A stretch of 64,000 bases of DNA, taken from positions 106,405-170,404 of the forward strand of contig OY969557.1 in NCBI GenBank assembly GCA_963701025.1. Reading direction: 5' to 3'. The notes under the pieces were generated by a model. That model was not told where the DNA came from, ran no database searches, and saw nothing but the letters and a program-made list of their open reading frames with translations. Of the stretch, positions 30,307 through 41,250 are shown piece by piece. Numbering within the stretch: the first letter of the stretch is position 1; each line of letters starts with the position of its first letter. The position numbers and the translations under genes were made by a program. The stretch is from an uncultured bacterium (GTDB lineage: Bacteria > Patescibacteriota > Minisyncoccia > Phycocordibacterales > PALSA-1337).

Positions 30307-31473
30307 ATGGAACCCCTAGCATCCAAAATCCGCCCAACATCCCTCGCCGAATTCGTCGGACAGGAACACCTGGTTGCCAAGGGCAAAGCCCTCTACCAGG
30401 CCATTCACGACCGGCACCTCTTTTCATTCCTCCTCTGGGGACCGCCAGGGACTGGCAAGACCACATTGGCCAAGATCTATGCCCGCGCCTTGAATGCTCG
30501 GCTCTATGAGCTCTCGGCTGTCTCGGCCGGCAAGGACGATATCAGGAAGATCGTTGATGAGCCGGACACCCTCATGGAGCAACGCCCCAAGCTCCTTTTC
30601 CTCGACGAGATACACCGCTTCAACAAGGCCCAGCAGGACTTCCTCCTGCCGTATGTGGAGTCGGGCAAACTCACCCTTATCGGCGCTACCACGGAGAATC
30701 CGAGCTTCGAAGTCATTCCCGCTCTCTTGTCGCGTTGTCGTGTCTTTGTCCTGCAGTCACTGTCCGAGGCTGACATCAAGGCGATCGTCAAAAGGACCAA
30801 GATCAAATTGCCCAAACCGGCTCTCGAATGGTTGGCGGCACTATCCAACGGTGACGCCCGCATCGCCATCACGGCCATTGAGAATTGCCAACGCCTCTAT
30901 GGGCCCATCACCCTCGAAAATCTCAAGAACACCTTCGAGCACGCCTTTATCCGTTTTGATAAGAAAGGGGAAGAGCACTACGACACCATCAGTGCCTTCA
31001 TCAAAAGCATGCGCGCCGGGGACGCTGACGCGGCCATCTATTATCTGGCCCGCATGCTCGAAGGCGGCGAAGACCCCAAATTCATCGCCCGTCGCATGGT
31101 CGTGTTCGCCAGCGAAGACATCGGTCTGGCCCAGCCTACAGCTCTCGTCGTTGCCAATGCCGTCTTTGCCGCCGTCGAATATATTGGTTTGCCCGAATGC
31201 CACGAGAATCTCGCCCATGGCGTGGCCTACCTCGCCCTTGCCGCCAAAGATCGCAGCGCCTACGACGCCTACATGGAGGCTTTGTCCGATGTAAAGAAGA
31301 CAGGGAACTTGCCGATTCCCTTAAAGATCCGCAACGCGCCGACGAAATTGATGAAAGATTTGAATTATGGAAAAGGGTACGAAAAGTACCCAAAGAAGCC
31401 CGGCGCCGCCGAAGACAGCTATTTGCCGGAAAAATTGAAGGGGAAGAAGTATTTGAGGAGGCCGAAGAAATAA
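30307..31473 (+). CDS. rarA: Replication-associated recombination protein A
   Basis: [48 protein letters not shown]. Confidence 0.95.
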   Translation: MEPLASKIRPTSLAEFVGQEHLVAKGKALYQAIHDRHLFSFLLWGPPGTGKTTLAKIYARALNARLYELSAVSAGKDDIRKIVDEPDTLMEQRPKLLFLDEIHRFNKAQQDFLLPYVESGKLTLIGATTENPSFEVIPALLSRCRVFVLQSLSEADIKAIVKRTKIKLPKPALEWLAALSNGDARIAITAIENCQRLYGPITLENLKNTFEHAFIRFDKKGEEHYDTISAFIKSMRAGDADAAIYYLARMLEGGEDPKFIARRMVVFASEDIGLAQPTALVVANAVFAAVEYIGLPECHENLAHGVAYLALAAKDRSAYDAYMEALSDVKKTGNLPIPLKIRNAPTKLMKDLNYGKGYEKYPKKPGAAEDSYLPEKLKGKKYLRRPKK

Positions 31474-31623
31474 AAGCTGGACAAAAATTTAAATAGTAGT
31501 AATGTCATGTCAGATAGTGACGCTCTCTATACCTATCAAGACCATGAAAAGTCGGGGCGGCTGAAATCGTCCTGATGACAATAAAGTCCTTGGTTTCTGA
31601 ACGGGAGCATTTGAAAGACAGTT

Positions 31624-32265
31624 ATGAACATTAATAAATTGGCGAAATTGGCAAAAAAGAACGACTCGACTCTAGTCGTCTTGGTCAATCGGTGGATGCT
31701 TGGTGGTAAAAACGCGAATCCAATTCCGGATGTGTTGTTGCTGGCTAAAGTAATAACATGGGGATCTGTGGGTTTTTGGACTCTTATGTTATGGGTCGGT
31801 TGGGATTTTATTGCACATAATAAATCTCATCACATACCCGACCCTATAATGCCATTTATGCCGGAATTGCTCGTGGCCATTATCGAAGTTATTGTTTGGT
31901 GGAAGGTGGTCGTCTTCGTGAGAAGGATCTCAAGTGCAAGAAATGCAAATAAATTCTGCGACACGATAACACTCATTGAACGGCTTCTGAAGGAAGCGAA
32001 CTGGGCTGATGACGTATGGGAAAGTGATCAATTCCTTCGAGGAGGAAGGGATGTTGCTGAAGTTCACCTTTATTCCCTGGCACAACGCATCAAGGATTTT
32101 GAGAAAATCCCTTGGCGCAACAAGGAAGCAGAGGCGGTACGTAAAGAGCTTGACGACAAGCTTCAAACTTTGACACTGTTAATATTGTTACCTTCAGATA
32201 AGCGGACATACTTTACTAATCGTCCTCAGCCTCGACTCGAAAAAATGGCGATTGATGCCCATTGA
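31624..32265 (+). CDS. Hypothetical membrane protein
   Basis: 213 aa with two hydrophobic helices. Confidence 0.65.
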   Translation: MNINKLAKLAKKNDSTLVVLVNRWMLGGKNANPIPDVLLLAKVITWGSVGFWTLMLWVGWDFIAHNKSHHIPDPIMPFMPELLVAIIEVIVWWKVVVFVRRISSARNANKFCDTITLIERLLKEANWADDVWESDQFLRGGRDVAEVHLYSLAQRIKDFEKIPWRNKEAEAVRKELDDKLQTLTLLILLPSDKRTYFTNRPQPRLEKMAIDAH

Positions 32266-32367
32266 GTTCTGTTTTTAAGTACCATCGCGCCACCTCCTCC
32301 CAGGTTGGCGCTTTTTTGTTGTGTTAAAATAAACTCGTCAGCATTACCATCTTTATACAATATCAAC

Positions 32368-32853
32368 ATGCAAGAACCTGACGAGAATTGGAACTTGAAA
32401 CAGATCGGCGGCTGGAAGGGTTTTGTGAGACAGCTCTACCGCCATCACAAACCGTCCGGCGGGGCGCTCATATTGCGCATCGCCCTCGGGTTACTCTTCA
32501 TCTCCGAAGGCTGGACAAAGCTCCATGACCTAGCCGGTACTATCAAATTCTTTGACATGCTCGGCTTCTCCGGCCCGGCTGGATGGGTCATGCTCGTGGC
32601 CTATGTCGAGCTCATTGGCGGCATTCTCATACTTCTCGGCTTATTGACTAAACCAGTTTGCGTCGCTCTGGCCATCGAGATGGCTGTCATAATCTGGGGC
32701 GTTTCGTCGCACGGCGGCGCTTTCTGGGGGCATCCATTCGAATTTTTCCTCTTGCTCGCCCTCTTATCTCTCTACATCGGCGGGCCTGGCAAATACTCCC
32801 TGGCGCATTTGTGGTTGAGGAGGAAAGCCATTACGGTGGGGAAAATGGTTTAA
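32368..32853 (+). CDS. DoxX-family membrane protein
   Basis: LILRIALG..F...G..KL, ELIGG.L..LG..T, GPGKYSL. Confidence 0.9.
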   Translation: MQEPDENWNLKQIGGWKGFVRQLYRHHKPSGGALILRIALGLLFISEGWTKLHDLAGTIKFFDMLGFSGPAGWVMLVAYVELIGGILILLGLLTKPVCVALAIEMAVIIWGVSSHGGAFWGHPFEFFLLLALLSLYIGGPGKYSLAHLWLRRKAITVGKMV

Positions 32854-32908
32854 TGTAAGTATAAAAAAACACCGGCATCCTCGAGGGAAACCGGCGTACG
32901 AAAGGAAG

Positions 32909-33691
32909 TCAGCGCGGATGGTGTTGAAGCCATTCACGCACTTCATTGAAGAGCTGTTTGCTGCCGTCGGGCTCGCAGTGCACCATGTGACCCGCGTTTT
33001 CGACGATGTACGGCGTACTACCTCGGTGGAACCGCCAGAGCTGGCGTTGAGAGGCCAGCGTGAGCAATTGATCTCGTCCAGCGGCCACGACGAGCATCGG
33101 ACGCGTGACCGGCTTGACCGGGTATTGTCGGAGCAACACTTGGCGTGTGGCCAGACCTGATTCCAAGCCGAGCGTTATGGTAGCTTTGCCGCAGACGAAC
33201 CTTTCGTCATCCGGCGTCAACCGAAATGCGCGGCCGGTCGCCATCGCCCAGATGTATTGCGGGCGGGTGAAACGGAGTTGGAAGGGCACACCGTCAATTC
33301 CAGGCACGCCGGGAGGCGAGCTGGCGATGACGATAAGTCCTTGCACCAATTCGGGGACCCGGTTGGCGACTTTCTGACAGACGAGGCCCATCATGGAGTG
33401 AGCCATGAGATAGGCCGGGCCGTTCCGTTTCAGGAACTCAACCAGGTCGTCCTCATAAGTCGAGAGGGACAGGTTATGCGGCGGATCTTCGAACCCGTGG
33501 CCGCGCAGGTTGGCGGTATAGATTTCATAGCCGGGCAATTCATGCCGCGCGCTGTCCCATTGATCCGGGGCCACCATGTGGCAGACGCTCCACGCGCCGG
33601 ACACGGTGATGATGCGGGTCAATTGAACGGTCTGTTTCGGCCGCGGCGGGATATGCCTACCGGTGAAGCCGGCGATCGTTTTCGGTGTCAT
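32909..33691 (-). CDS. Alpha/beta hydrolase
   Basis: LRGHG, AHSMMG nucleophile elbow, GRDQL, AGHMV. Confidence 0.85.
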   Translation of the reverse strand: MTPKTIAGFTGRHIPPRPKQTVQLTRIITVSGAWSVCHMVAPDQWDSARHELPGYEIYTANLRGHGFEDPPHNLSLSTYEDDLVEFLKRNGPAYLMAHSMMGLVCQKVANRVPELVQGLIVIASSPPGVPGIDGVPFQLRFTRPQYIWAMATGRAFRLTPDDERFVCGKATITLGLESGLATRQVLLRQYPVKPVTRPMLVVAAGRDQLLTLASQRQLWRFHRGSTPYIVENAGHMVHCEPDGSKQLFNEVREWLQHHPR

Positions 33692-33783
33692 AATTCAAAT
33701 CCTTCGGTTTTCTGTTGTCGGCGAGCTGCAGAACCATCACGATAACGGTTCTGCCGACATAATAACCTTTTTGACACTATTTG

Positions 33784-34758
33784 TCAAATTGTGGTCTGGT
33801 AGGGAAATGCATGATTTGATGCGGATACCCAGCGTATTTTTCCATTCCTGCGGAACCATGTCATTTGGCGCCGGGCGTATTGCCATGTTGCCGCGTTTAA
33901 TCGTTCTATCATGACTTCTTTCGATATGAGGCCGCGGAGATAGCGCGAAATATAGCGATATTCGAGGCCGAGCTCTTCCATGCGCGCCCATGACAATCCT
34001 TTGCCGGCCGCCGGAGCATGTAGCCGGCTGACGGATGTCGGGGCATGCAAACGCCTGACCTCAGCGATCATGCCGGCTTTCAGACGCCGAAGCAGGCGCG
34101 CTCGTATGCGTTTTCTCAATTCCTCCGGCCTAATTTTTATACCTATGAAATAGGCCTTGTATGGCTGGCGACTATGTCTCGCTGACGCCACTTTAGTTGA
34201 GTAAAGTGGCGCGTCGGAAGAGTGTCTACCTCCAGCGATCGCCATTGAAGCGATCTCTATAGCCCTTATAAGCCGACGGGCGTTTTTCCTATCTGACGGA
34301 TTTGCATTGATCACCTGCCATCGCCTCCTGTCAATACGCTTCAGCATGGCCTGTAGTTCATCCAGAGACATCTTCGAGAGCCGCTTGCGTAGCTTTGCGT
34401 CAGGCCCGACCGGAGGCAACTCTATTGTCCCGACGAGAGCGTCGATATATAACCCAGTGCCGCCGCATATTATGGGTATCTTTCCCCGTGAGACGATGTC
34501 GTCGACCGCTTTCCCCGCCGATTTTTTATATTGATGAACATCGAACCGTCTTTTCGGATCGGCCACGTCCAAGAGATGGTGCCGCACACCCCGCATCTCT
34601 TTTTTCGTGATCTTGCCTGTGCCCAGGTCCAATCCTCTGTATACCTGCCGCGAATCGGCAGAGATGATTTCGCCATCGAGCTTCCGCGCCAGCTTTACCG
34701 CCAGGGCGCTCTTGCCGGAGGCAGTCGGGCCGACGATGACGAGTAGTTTCGGTTTCAT
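33784..34758 (-). CDS. miaA: tRNA dimethylallyltransferase
   Basis: GPTASGKS, IISADSRQVY, GGTGLY, YARRQMTWFR; true start is ATG 34758. Confidence 0.95.
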   Translation of the reverse strand: MKPKLLVIVGPTASGKSALAVKLARKLDGEIISADSRQVYRGLDLGTGKITKKEMRGVRHHLLDVADPKRRFDVHQYKKSAGKAVDDIVSRGKIPIICGGTGLYIDALVGTIELPPVGPDAKLRKRLSKMSLDELQAMLKRIDRRRWQVINANPSDRKNARRLIRAIEIASMAIAGGRHSSDAPLYSTKVASARHSRQPYKAYFIGIKIRPEELRKRIRARLLRRLKAGMIAEVRRLHAPTSVSRLHAPAAGKGLSWARMEELGLEYRYISRYLRGLISKEVMIERLNAATWQYARRQMTWFRRNGKIRWVSASNHAFPYQTTI

Positions 34759-34760
34759 TG

Positions 34761-34842
34761 TGCCGGGAGGGAGAATCGAACTCCCATGGATCACTCCGCA
34801 CGATTTTGAGTCGTGTGCGTCTACCAATTCCGCCATCCCGGC
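34761..34842 (-). tRNA. tRNA-Leu(CAA)
   Basis: rc GCCGGGATGGCGGAATTGGTAGACGCA-CACGA-CT-CAA-AA-TCGTG...GTTCGATTC...TCCCGGCA. Confidence 0.95.
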
Positions 34843-34861
34843 AGTATGGTAAAATATACAC

Positions 34862-35833
34862 ATGTCCAACGCATATGTAAACAACGCCGTCTTCTGGGTG
34901 GAAGTGGAAAAGATATCGCCTAATCCGTTCCAGCCGCGCAAAGAATTCGACGAGAGCGCGTTGCAAAGCCTGGCTGAATCTATCCGCATGTACGGCGTGC
35001 TCCAGCCACTGGTCGTCACTCGCAAGGAGGTCTTCCGCCAGCCGACGGAGGGCGGCGGTATGACCGTGGAATACGAGCTCATATCCGGAGAGCGCCGCCT
35101 GCGCGCCGCCAGCAAGGCCGGTCTGTCACAGGTGCCGGTCCTCATCAGAAACGGCGAGGACGGCGCTCGGGAGAAGCTCGAAATGGCCATAATAGAGAAC
35201 CTCCAGCGCGAGGATATCAACTCCGTCGAGCGGGCTCGGGCTTTCGAACGGCTGATCAAGGAATTCAAGTTGAAGCAGTCCGAAGTGGCCGCCAAAGTCG
35301 GCAAGAGCCGCGAATACGTGGCCAACACCCTGCGCATACTCCTTTTGCCGGAAGAGATCATAACCGCCCTCGGCGAAGGCAAGATATCCGAAGGCCATAC
35401 CCGGCCCCTCCTTATGCTCGCTGACAAGCCGCAGGAACAGGCGGTCCTGTTCAAGGAGATCATGGCCAAGAAGCTCTCCGTCCGCGAGGCCGAATCCCTA
35501 TCGCGCCGCGCCGCCACCGACCGTATCCGCAACAAGGAGAAATATCTCGACCCCGTCATCATAGAGATGGAAAAGTCGTTCACCGAGACCCTAGGCACTA
35601 GGGTGCGCATAGAAAAGGGTAAAGAGGGAGGTAAAGTGACGATAGACTTCTTTTCGCCCGACGACCTGCGGGCGATGTTGGAGAAGATGAGCGGGAAAGA
35701 AGTGGAGAGGGCTAAAAAGGAGACCGCCGTAAAACAAGACGCGGGAGCAGCGGCCGTCGATGATCGTCCGGCGACGGAGATAAAAAAAGACGAGAATGAG
35801 GATATCTATTCGCTGAAGAATTTCAGCATATAG
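34862..35833 (+). CDS. parB: ParB/Spo0J partition protein
   Basis: PNPFQPRK.F, GVLQP, SGERRLRA, IENLQREDI, HTH GKSR.YVAN.LR. Confidence 0.95.
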   Translation: MSNAYVNNAVFWVEVEKISPNPFQPRKEFDESALQSLAESIRMYGVLQPLVVTRKEVFRQPTEGGGMTVEYELISGERRLRAASKAGLSQVPVLIRNGEDGAREKLEMAIIENLQREDINSVERARAFERLIKEFKLKQSEVAAKVGKSREYVANTLRILLLPEEIITALGEGKISEGHTRPLLMLADKPQEQAVLFKEIMAKKLSVREAESLSRRAATDRIRNKEKYLDPVIIEMEKSFTETLGTRVRIEKGKEGGKVTIDFFSPDDLRAMLEKMSGKEVERAKKETAVKQDAGAAAVDDRPATEIKKDENEDIYSLKNFSI

Positions 35834-35916
35834 TCGCTTCGCTCCTTTTCCGACTTCGCTCGAACGCCGAGTGTGCAAGCACCCGCGCGCTTCTCGCTCG
35901 TCGGAATAAAATACTA

Positions 35917-35966
35917 GACCCTCCACCCGCACTTCCGACTTTCGTCAGAGATGCGAGGGAGGGCCT
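35917..35966. terminator. Long hairpin between parB and the convergent ncRNA
   Basis: GACCCTCC.CCCGCA.TTC.GAC-TTTC-GTC.GAG.TGCG.GGGAGGGCC. Confidence 0.55.
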
Positions 35967-36015
35967 GGCTACGTGAACTTCAAGTTTGTGAAGACTGGAC
36001 GCTTTATAGGAACGA

Positions 36016-36437
36016 TCACCTCGAGCATTTCTTTGGGATTGCCCGCTACATAATCACTTCCGATATTTTGTGCACCCAGACGAATGGCTGCGAAGATGGG
36101 GTTTTGCTGCCGCTAAGGCCGCCCCGTCATTGACATACCATTCAACATTGAGCATTGACTGCCGGTCGAGCTCCCGATTTCGGCTCTTCCGATCCATCAC
36201 TCCTGTTCAGGAGTGTTACCCTCGTCCACCCACAGAGACGCTTTCTCTGTGTGCCTCGCGGCGCGATGAACTCCATAGGGAGTCTTTGCGTTAGCGTTTT
36301 TCAATGCGATGTAACTTTTTTCAATCGGTTTCACCCGATCGGATCAGCCCGATTGCTCGGACCTTTCAATTGACATTTTCCCTCTGTTCGACTTTCGCCT
36401 AGCTTTGGGAATCTCCACTCAACCTGCTGCTGGTGCT
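36016..36437 (-). ncRNA. Large structured ncRNA (~420 nt), ROOL-like
   Basis: No credible ORF; 5' CACC.AGCA pairs with 3' TGCT..GGTG; many hairpins with GNRA loops; GCTAGGCGAAAG, GTTGAATGGTATG and TGATTATGTAGCG motifs recalled from ROOL. Confidence 0.65.
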
Positions 36438-36438
36438 A

Positions 36439-36466
36439 AATATACTCCACCAAAAAATGTCCGCAA
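36439..36466 (-). promoter_or_regulatory. Sigma70-type promoter for the ncRNA
   Basis: TTGCGG-N16-TATATT on the minus strand directly before the closing stem. Confidence 0.55.
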
Positions 36467-36527
36467 GCCACTTTTAACCGATTTCGGGGAAAAGTCTGTG
36501 GATAGGCTGGGGATAATAACGGATTCA

Positions 36528-38818
36528 TTACTCGACTCTCTTTTCCTTGCGGAACCCTCTAGGTTTCTTGGCTATGGCCAGTAACTCGAGCGCCCTTTCG
36601 AGGGTCATGTCATAGACGTCATCCGGCGGCTTGACGGAGCGGAAATCGCCATCGGAGACGACATACGGGCCGAAGCGGCCGATGGAAGCAGTGACGGTCT
36701 TGCCGGTTTTTGGATCGATGCCGAGAGCGCGCGGCAAGCTCAAATATTTAAGGGCCTCGGCGATAGTGACTTTAGAAGGGTCCATGGTCTTGGGAATCGA
36801 GGCCATGCGAGGTTTGACCGGTCTGGGAGCTATCGGGTCGCCCTTTTTGCGCTTGGCCGGTTTTGGCAACTTCACCCCCAATTGGACATAAGGCCCGAAC
36901 CTGCCGTTCAAGACGAATATCGGCAGGCCGCTCGCGGGATCGACGCCTAAGGCCACGTCTTTTTTGTATTCCATGCCGTCTAGGGAAAGAGCGCCGTCAC
37001 AGTCCGGATAGCGCGAGCAGGAGAGGAATTTGCCGCCGCGACCGAGCTTGATCTCCATCGGCGAAGCGCCGCATTTCGGGCATTTATATTTGGCGTCGGC
37101 GGCGCCGAGGTTGGTGGCTTTGGCCAGCTTGTCTTTTGATTTCACCTCCTTGTCAAAAGGACCGTAGAAGTCTGACAAGGTCTTTATATAGGTGCGCTCG
37201 CCGGTCGCGATCTCGTCCAGCTCGATCTTCCATATTGGCGGTGAAAGTGTCGCTGATATAAGTGGGAAAATTCTCCTCAAGAAAAGACGATACGACGTCG
37301 CCGGTATCCGTCGGCTTCAGGGCACGGCCTTCTTTTTCCACATAGCCGCGGTCTTCTATAGTGCGGGTGATAGACGCATAAGTTGACGGCCTGCCTATGC
37401 CGCGCTTCTCGAGCTCCTTGATGAGGCCGGCTTCGGTGTAGCGCGCCGGCGGCTGGGTCTGCTTCTCCAATGCCTCGATGGAGACGAGGTCGAGCCTTTC
37501 ATCCTTTGCGCATTTTGGCAGAGTCACTTCTTCGCCGTTCGATTCCGGATCGGCCTTGAGCCAGCCGTCGTATATGATGCGCGAGCCGTTGGCGATGAAA
37601 TCCGGGATCGTGGTATCGACCCGAGCGCTGGTCGCACCGTCGCCTGTCACATTGGCGATTATCTTCGTCCTCGCCACGCTCGCGTCCGCCATCTGCGAAG
37701 CGACCGCGCGTTGCCAAATGAGCCGATAAAGTCTCTTCTGTTCGTCATTGTGCCCGGCCGAAAGCTTATCGAAATGAGAAGGGCGGATGGCTTCGTGGGC
37801 TTCCTGGGCGTTCTTGCTCTTCGTCGCGTATGTCCTGAACTGGAGATATTCTTTGCCGTATTGCTTCTCTATGATACCGGCGATCTGGCCCAAGGCTTGC
37901 TGGCCGAGATTGGTCGAGTCGGTGCGCATATAGGTGATATAGCCGGACTCATAGAGCTTTTGGGCTATGCCCATGGTGCGCGACGGGGAAAAGCCGAGCC
38001 GCGAACTGGCGGCTTGTTGGAGAGTGGAGGTGATGAATGGCGCCCGCGGCTGGCGTTTTTGCTCCGACTCCTCTATGTCTTTTACATGCCATTTTTCTGC
38101 CCGAGCTATGGTTAGGGTTGCAATCGACCTCTTTCTTATCGCGCGGTTCTTCGACGCAGGTCAATTTCAAATCCCACCGCATATTTGCGTCTTTATTCTT
38201 TTCCGTCTTGAAAAGCCCTTCTATGACCCAATATGTTTCCGGCTTGAATGCCCGGATCTCGCGTTCGCGTTCCATGATGATGCGCAGGGCGGGGGATTGG
38301 ACTCGGCCGGCGGAAAGGCCGTAGCGCACTTTTTTCCATATCAAACCGGACAAATCGTAGCCGACAAGTCGATCCAAGACGCGCCGGGCTTCCTGGGCCT
38401 CGCGAAGATGCTCGTCGATGGCGCGCGGCTGTTTCAGGGCCTCCTCGACGGCTTCCTTGGTCACTTCATGGTAAGTGATGCGCTTGATCTCTCTTTTCGG
38501 CACGGTGCCGCCGAGCTTCTTATCCGTCAGCAATTCCTGCAAGTGCCAGGCGATGGCCTCGCCCTCGCGGTCTGGGTCGGTAGCTATCAGTATCTCGTCG
38601 GCTTTGGCGGCCTCTTTTCTGATGTCGGCGATAATGTCCGTCTTCTTGGCCACGACTTCGTAATGCGGCACGAAGCCGCCCTCGATGTCGATGGCTTTCT
38701 TGTTGGACTTTGGCAGGTCGCGCACGTGGCCGACTGAAGCCAGGACGTGGAAATCCTTGCCCAGATATTTGGAGATGGTCTTTGCCTTCGAAGGCGACTC
38801 GACGATGACGAGTTTCAT
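36528..38818 (-). CDS. topA: DNA topoisomerase I (frameshifts near 38100-37970 and 37230)
   Basis: LVIVESPSKAK, ATDPDREGEAI, SAGRVQS, ITYMRTD, GIGRPSTYA, zinc finger and GRFGPY repeats. Confidence 0.95.
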
Positions 38819-38867
38819 TGCGGCTAAGTATTACACGAGGAAGGGTAAATGTGCAAAAGGTAATGCA

Positions 38868-39815
38868 TTAATTGACTGTCAACAATCCTTGTCTCTCTGT
38901 AATCACCCCTTTCATCTCCAGCTCGACTAATATCGAATTCACGTACCCAGCCGGTAAAGCCAATTCGCGGATGAGATCGTCGCGAGATATCGGTGCGGCG
39001 AGCATTTGAATGATACTCTTTTCATCTGTCGAGAGCGCGCCTGAAAAGATGGGATTCGTTAACAGCGAGTGGATGGGCTGATCTACTTGCTCAGACCCCC
39101 TTTTTCGAATCTTGCTGTGACAAGATTTGCCGAGAGAGGTGTCAGCATAGGTGATAAGTCCCAGCTCCTCAAGGATATCGGCTGAAGATGTCACGGGCCG
39201 AGCGCCATCCTTCATGAGCTCAAGCGGCTTAGCGGACAGTTCGGAGAATATGGAACCGGGCACGATGAGGACGTCACGACCATGTTTAAGAGCCGCTTCT
39301 ATGGTGGACCAGGTGCCGGACTCCGTGCGTGCTTCGATGACCAGAGTGGCATGGGATATACCCGCCATGAGTGCGTTCCTAGTAGGGAATGTCCAATCTG
39401 TCGCTCCTTGATCCGATTTGAACGGCGAGACGAGCGCGCCGCCAGCCTCGACGATCTTTCTGGCCAGCGGCCTCTTCGACGGGGGATATAAGACATTCGG
39501 CGCGAGTCCCGAACCGGGAAAGGCGACCGTTTTCAGACCGGATTCCAAAGCCGCTTCATGGGCTATTGAGTCGATGCCGATAGCCAGTCCGGAGACGATG
39601 ACGACCGGATAACCGGCGAGACCGGCGATAAGCCTTCTGCAGGCGTCTTCTCCATAAGTGCTGTGCGCGCGAGATCCGACCACGCAGAGGAATTTGTGCG
39701 TTTCCGGCGGCATGGCACCGACCATATCCATGCTTTTGGGCAGTCTCTTCAATTGTTGAAGTAAGAAAGGGTATTGGTCCCTCGGTAGTTTTTGTATGTT
39801 CATCGGCGTATCCAT
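38868..39815 (-). CDS. dprA: DNA-processing protein DprA
   Basis: VVGSR, IVSGLAIGID..AH, FP.RN, VPGSI, C-terminal wHTH LELKG-like. Confidence 0.93.
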   Translation of the reverse strand: MDTPMNIQKLPRDQYPFLLQQLKRLPKSMDMVGAMPPETHKFLCVVGSRAHSTYGEDACRRLIAGLAGYPVVIVSGLAIGIDSIAHEAALESGLKTVAFPGSGLAPNVLYPPSKRPLARKIVEAGGALVSPFKSDQGATDWTFPTRNALMAGISHATLVIEARTESGTWSTIEAALKHGRDVLIVPGSIFSELSAKPLELMKDGARPVTSSADILEELGLITYADTSLGKSCHSKIRKRGSEQVDQPIHSLLTNPIFSGALSTDEKSIIQMLAAPISRDDLIRELALPAGYVNSILVELEMKGVITERQGLLTVN

Positions 39816-39925
39816 AGCGTCAACATAGCATAGCGGTGATAAAGAAATGATGAAGAAACGCTCAAGAAACGATGAAGATTTTCCGCCAGGTTTAACCTTA
39901 AAAGGAAAAGTGCTACACTATATCC

Positions 39926-41227
39926 ATGTTAGACATCAAATTCATACGCGAGAACAAGGATATCGTCATCCAAGCGGCCAAGAAAAAGCACGTCGCCATA
40001 GACATAGAGGCGCTCATCGCCCTGGACGACGTCCGGCGCGCTCTCATGGCCGACGCCGAGAAGAAGCGAGCCGTCCAGAATGCCGCCAATGACAAAGTCG
40101 CCGCCGCGAAGAGCCCAGAGGACCGGGCTAAGCTCATCGCCGAGATGAAGCTGGTCAAGGCCGACTTGGAGCACGACGAAGCCAGGCTCAAGGAGACCAT
40201 GAAGGCGTGGCAGGACATGATGCTCCATGTGCCGAATGTGCCGGACATGAGCGTACCGGAAGGTTCAACTGACGCGGACAACAAAGAAGTCAGGAACTGG
40301 GGCGACAAGCCGAAATTCGCATTTGAACCGAAGGATCACGTCGAGCTCATGACGCGGCTCGGCATGGTCGATTTCGAGCGCGGAGCCAAAGTCCACGGCT
40401 TCCGAGGATATTTCCTGACGGGTGACGGCGTTCGTCTCTGTTTCGCTATCTGGCAGTATGCTCTGGACTTTTTCGGAGGCGCGAGAGGCGATGCCGGCGC
40501 TGATGGAAAATCGGGGAAAGGCTTTGTTCCCGTCATGCCGCCCACGATCGTCCGCAAGATCAACCTCTATGGCACCGCTCACCTTCCCGGTGATGTCGAA
40601 GATTTCTATATGACACAAGATGGCGACGCCCTTGCCGGCACGGCTGAAGTGCCGCTCATGGGCATGCATGGGGAAGAAGTCCTGGCCTTGTCTGATTTGC
40701 CCAAGAGATATCTCGGCTTCTCGCCCTGCTACCGCCGCGAAGCTGGCGCTCATGGCAAGGACGTCCGCGGCCTCATCCGCGTCCATGAATTCTACAAGTT
40801 CGAACAGCTCGTCCTCTGCGAAGCTTCCCATGAGACCTCGGTCAAGTTCCACGAGGAGCTTAACCGTAATACCGAAGAATTCATCGAGTCGCTCGGCATA
40901 CCGTATCAGACGGTGATAAATTGCGCCGCCGACCTTGGCTTGGGCCAGGTCAAGAAATATGACATAAATCTATGGGTGCCCAAGGAAGGGAAGTATCGCG
41001 AGATCTCCTCGGCCTCGTATTTCCATGATTTCCAGACCCGACGGCTCAATATCCGTTACAAAGACGCCGACGGCAAGCTCCGCTACGCCCATTCGCTCAA
41101 TTCGACCGCCATCCCCACGCCGCGCATATTGGTGTCACTCGTGGAGAATTTCCAGCAAGCCGACGGCTCCATCAAGATCCCGCCTGTCCTGGCGAAATAT
41201 CTCGGAGAGGATTCTATAAAGATTTAA
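39926..41227 (+). CDS. serS: Serine--tRNA ligase
   Basis: MLDIKFIREN, TAEVP, CYRREAG, RVHEF.K.E, EISSAS..DFQ.RR. Confidence 0.97.
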   Translation: MLDIKFIRENKDIVIQAAKKKHVAIDIEALIALDDVRRALMADAEKKRAVQNAANDKVAAAKSPEDRAKLIAEMKLVKADLEHDEARLKETMKAWQDMMLHVPNVPDMSVPEGSTDADNKEVRNWGDKPKFAFEPKDHVELMTRLGMVDFERGAKVHGFRGYFLTGDGVRLCFAIWQYALDFFGGARGDAGADGKSGKGFVPVMPPTIVRKINLYGTAHLPGDVEDFYMTQDGDALAGTAEVPLMGMHGEEVLALSDLPKRYLGFSPCYRREAGAHGKDVRGLIRVHEFYKFEQLVLCEASHETSVKFHEELNRNTEEFIESLGIPYQTVINCAADLGLGQVKKYDINLWVPKEGKYREISSASYFHDFQTRRLNIRYKDADGKLRYAHSLNSTAIPTPRILVSLVENFQQADGSIKIPPVLAKYLGEDSIKI

Positions 41228-41250
41228 GAAATACGATTTACGATCTAAGA

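Noticed and set aside
33784-35610. 608-aa MiaA with a long N-terminal extension
   Set aside because: The extension is antisense parB plus read-through of tRNA-Leu; the real start is 34758.
36016-36437. RNase P RNA, tmRNA, SRP, 6S or group I intron
   Set aside because: No GAGGAAAGUCC P4 motif, no tRNA-like ends or tag ORF, wrong size for SRP or 6S, and no interrupted host gene.
36528-38818. Split topoisomerase I
   Set aside because: The three ORFs overlap and are collinear with a single TopA; breaks fall within conserved motifs, indicating sequencing error.
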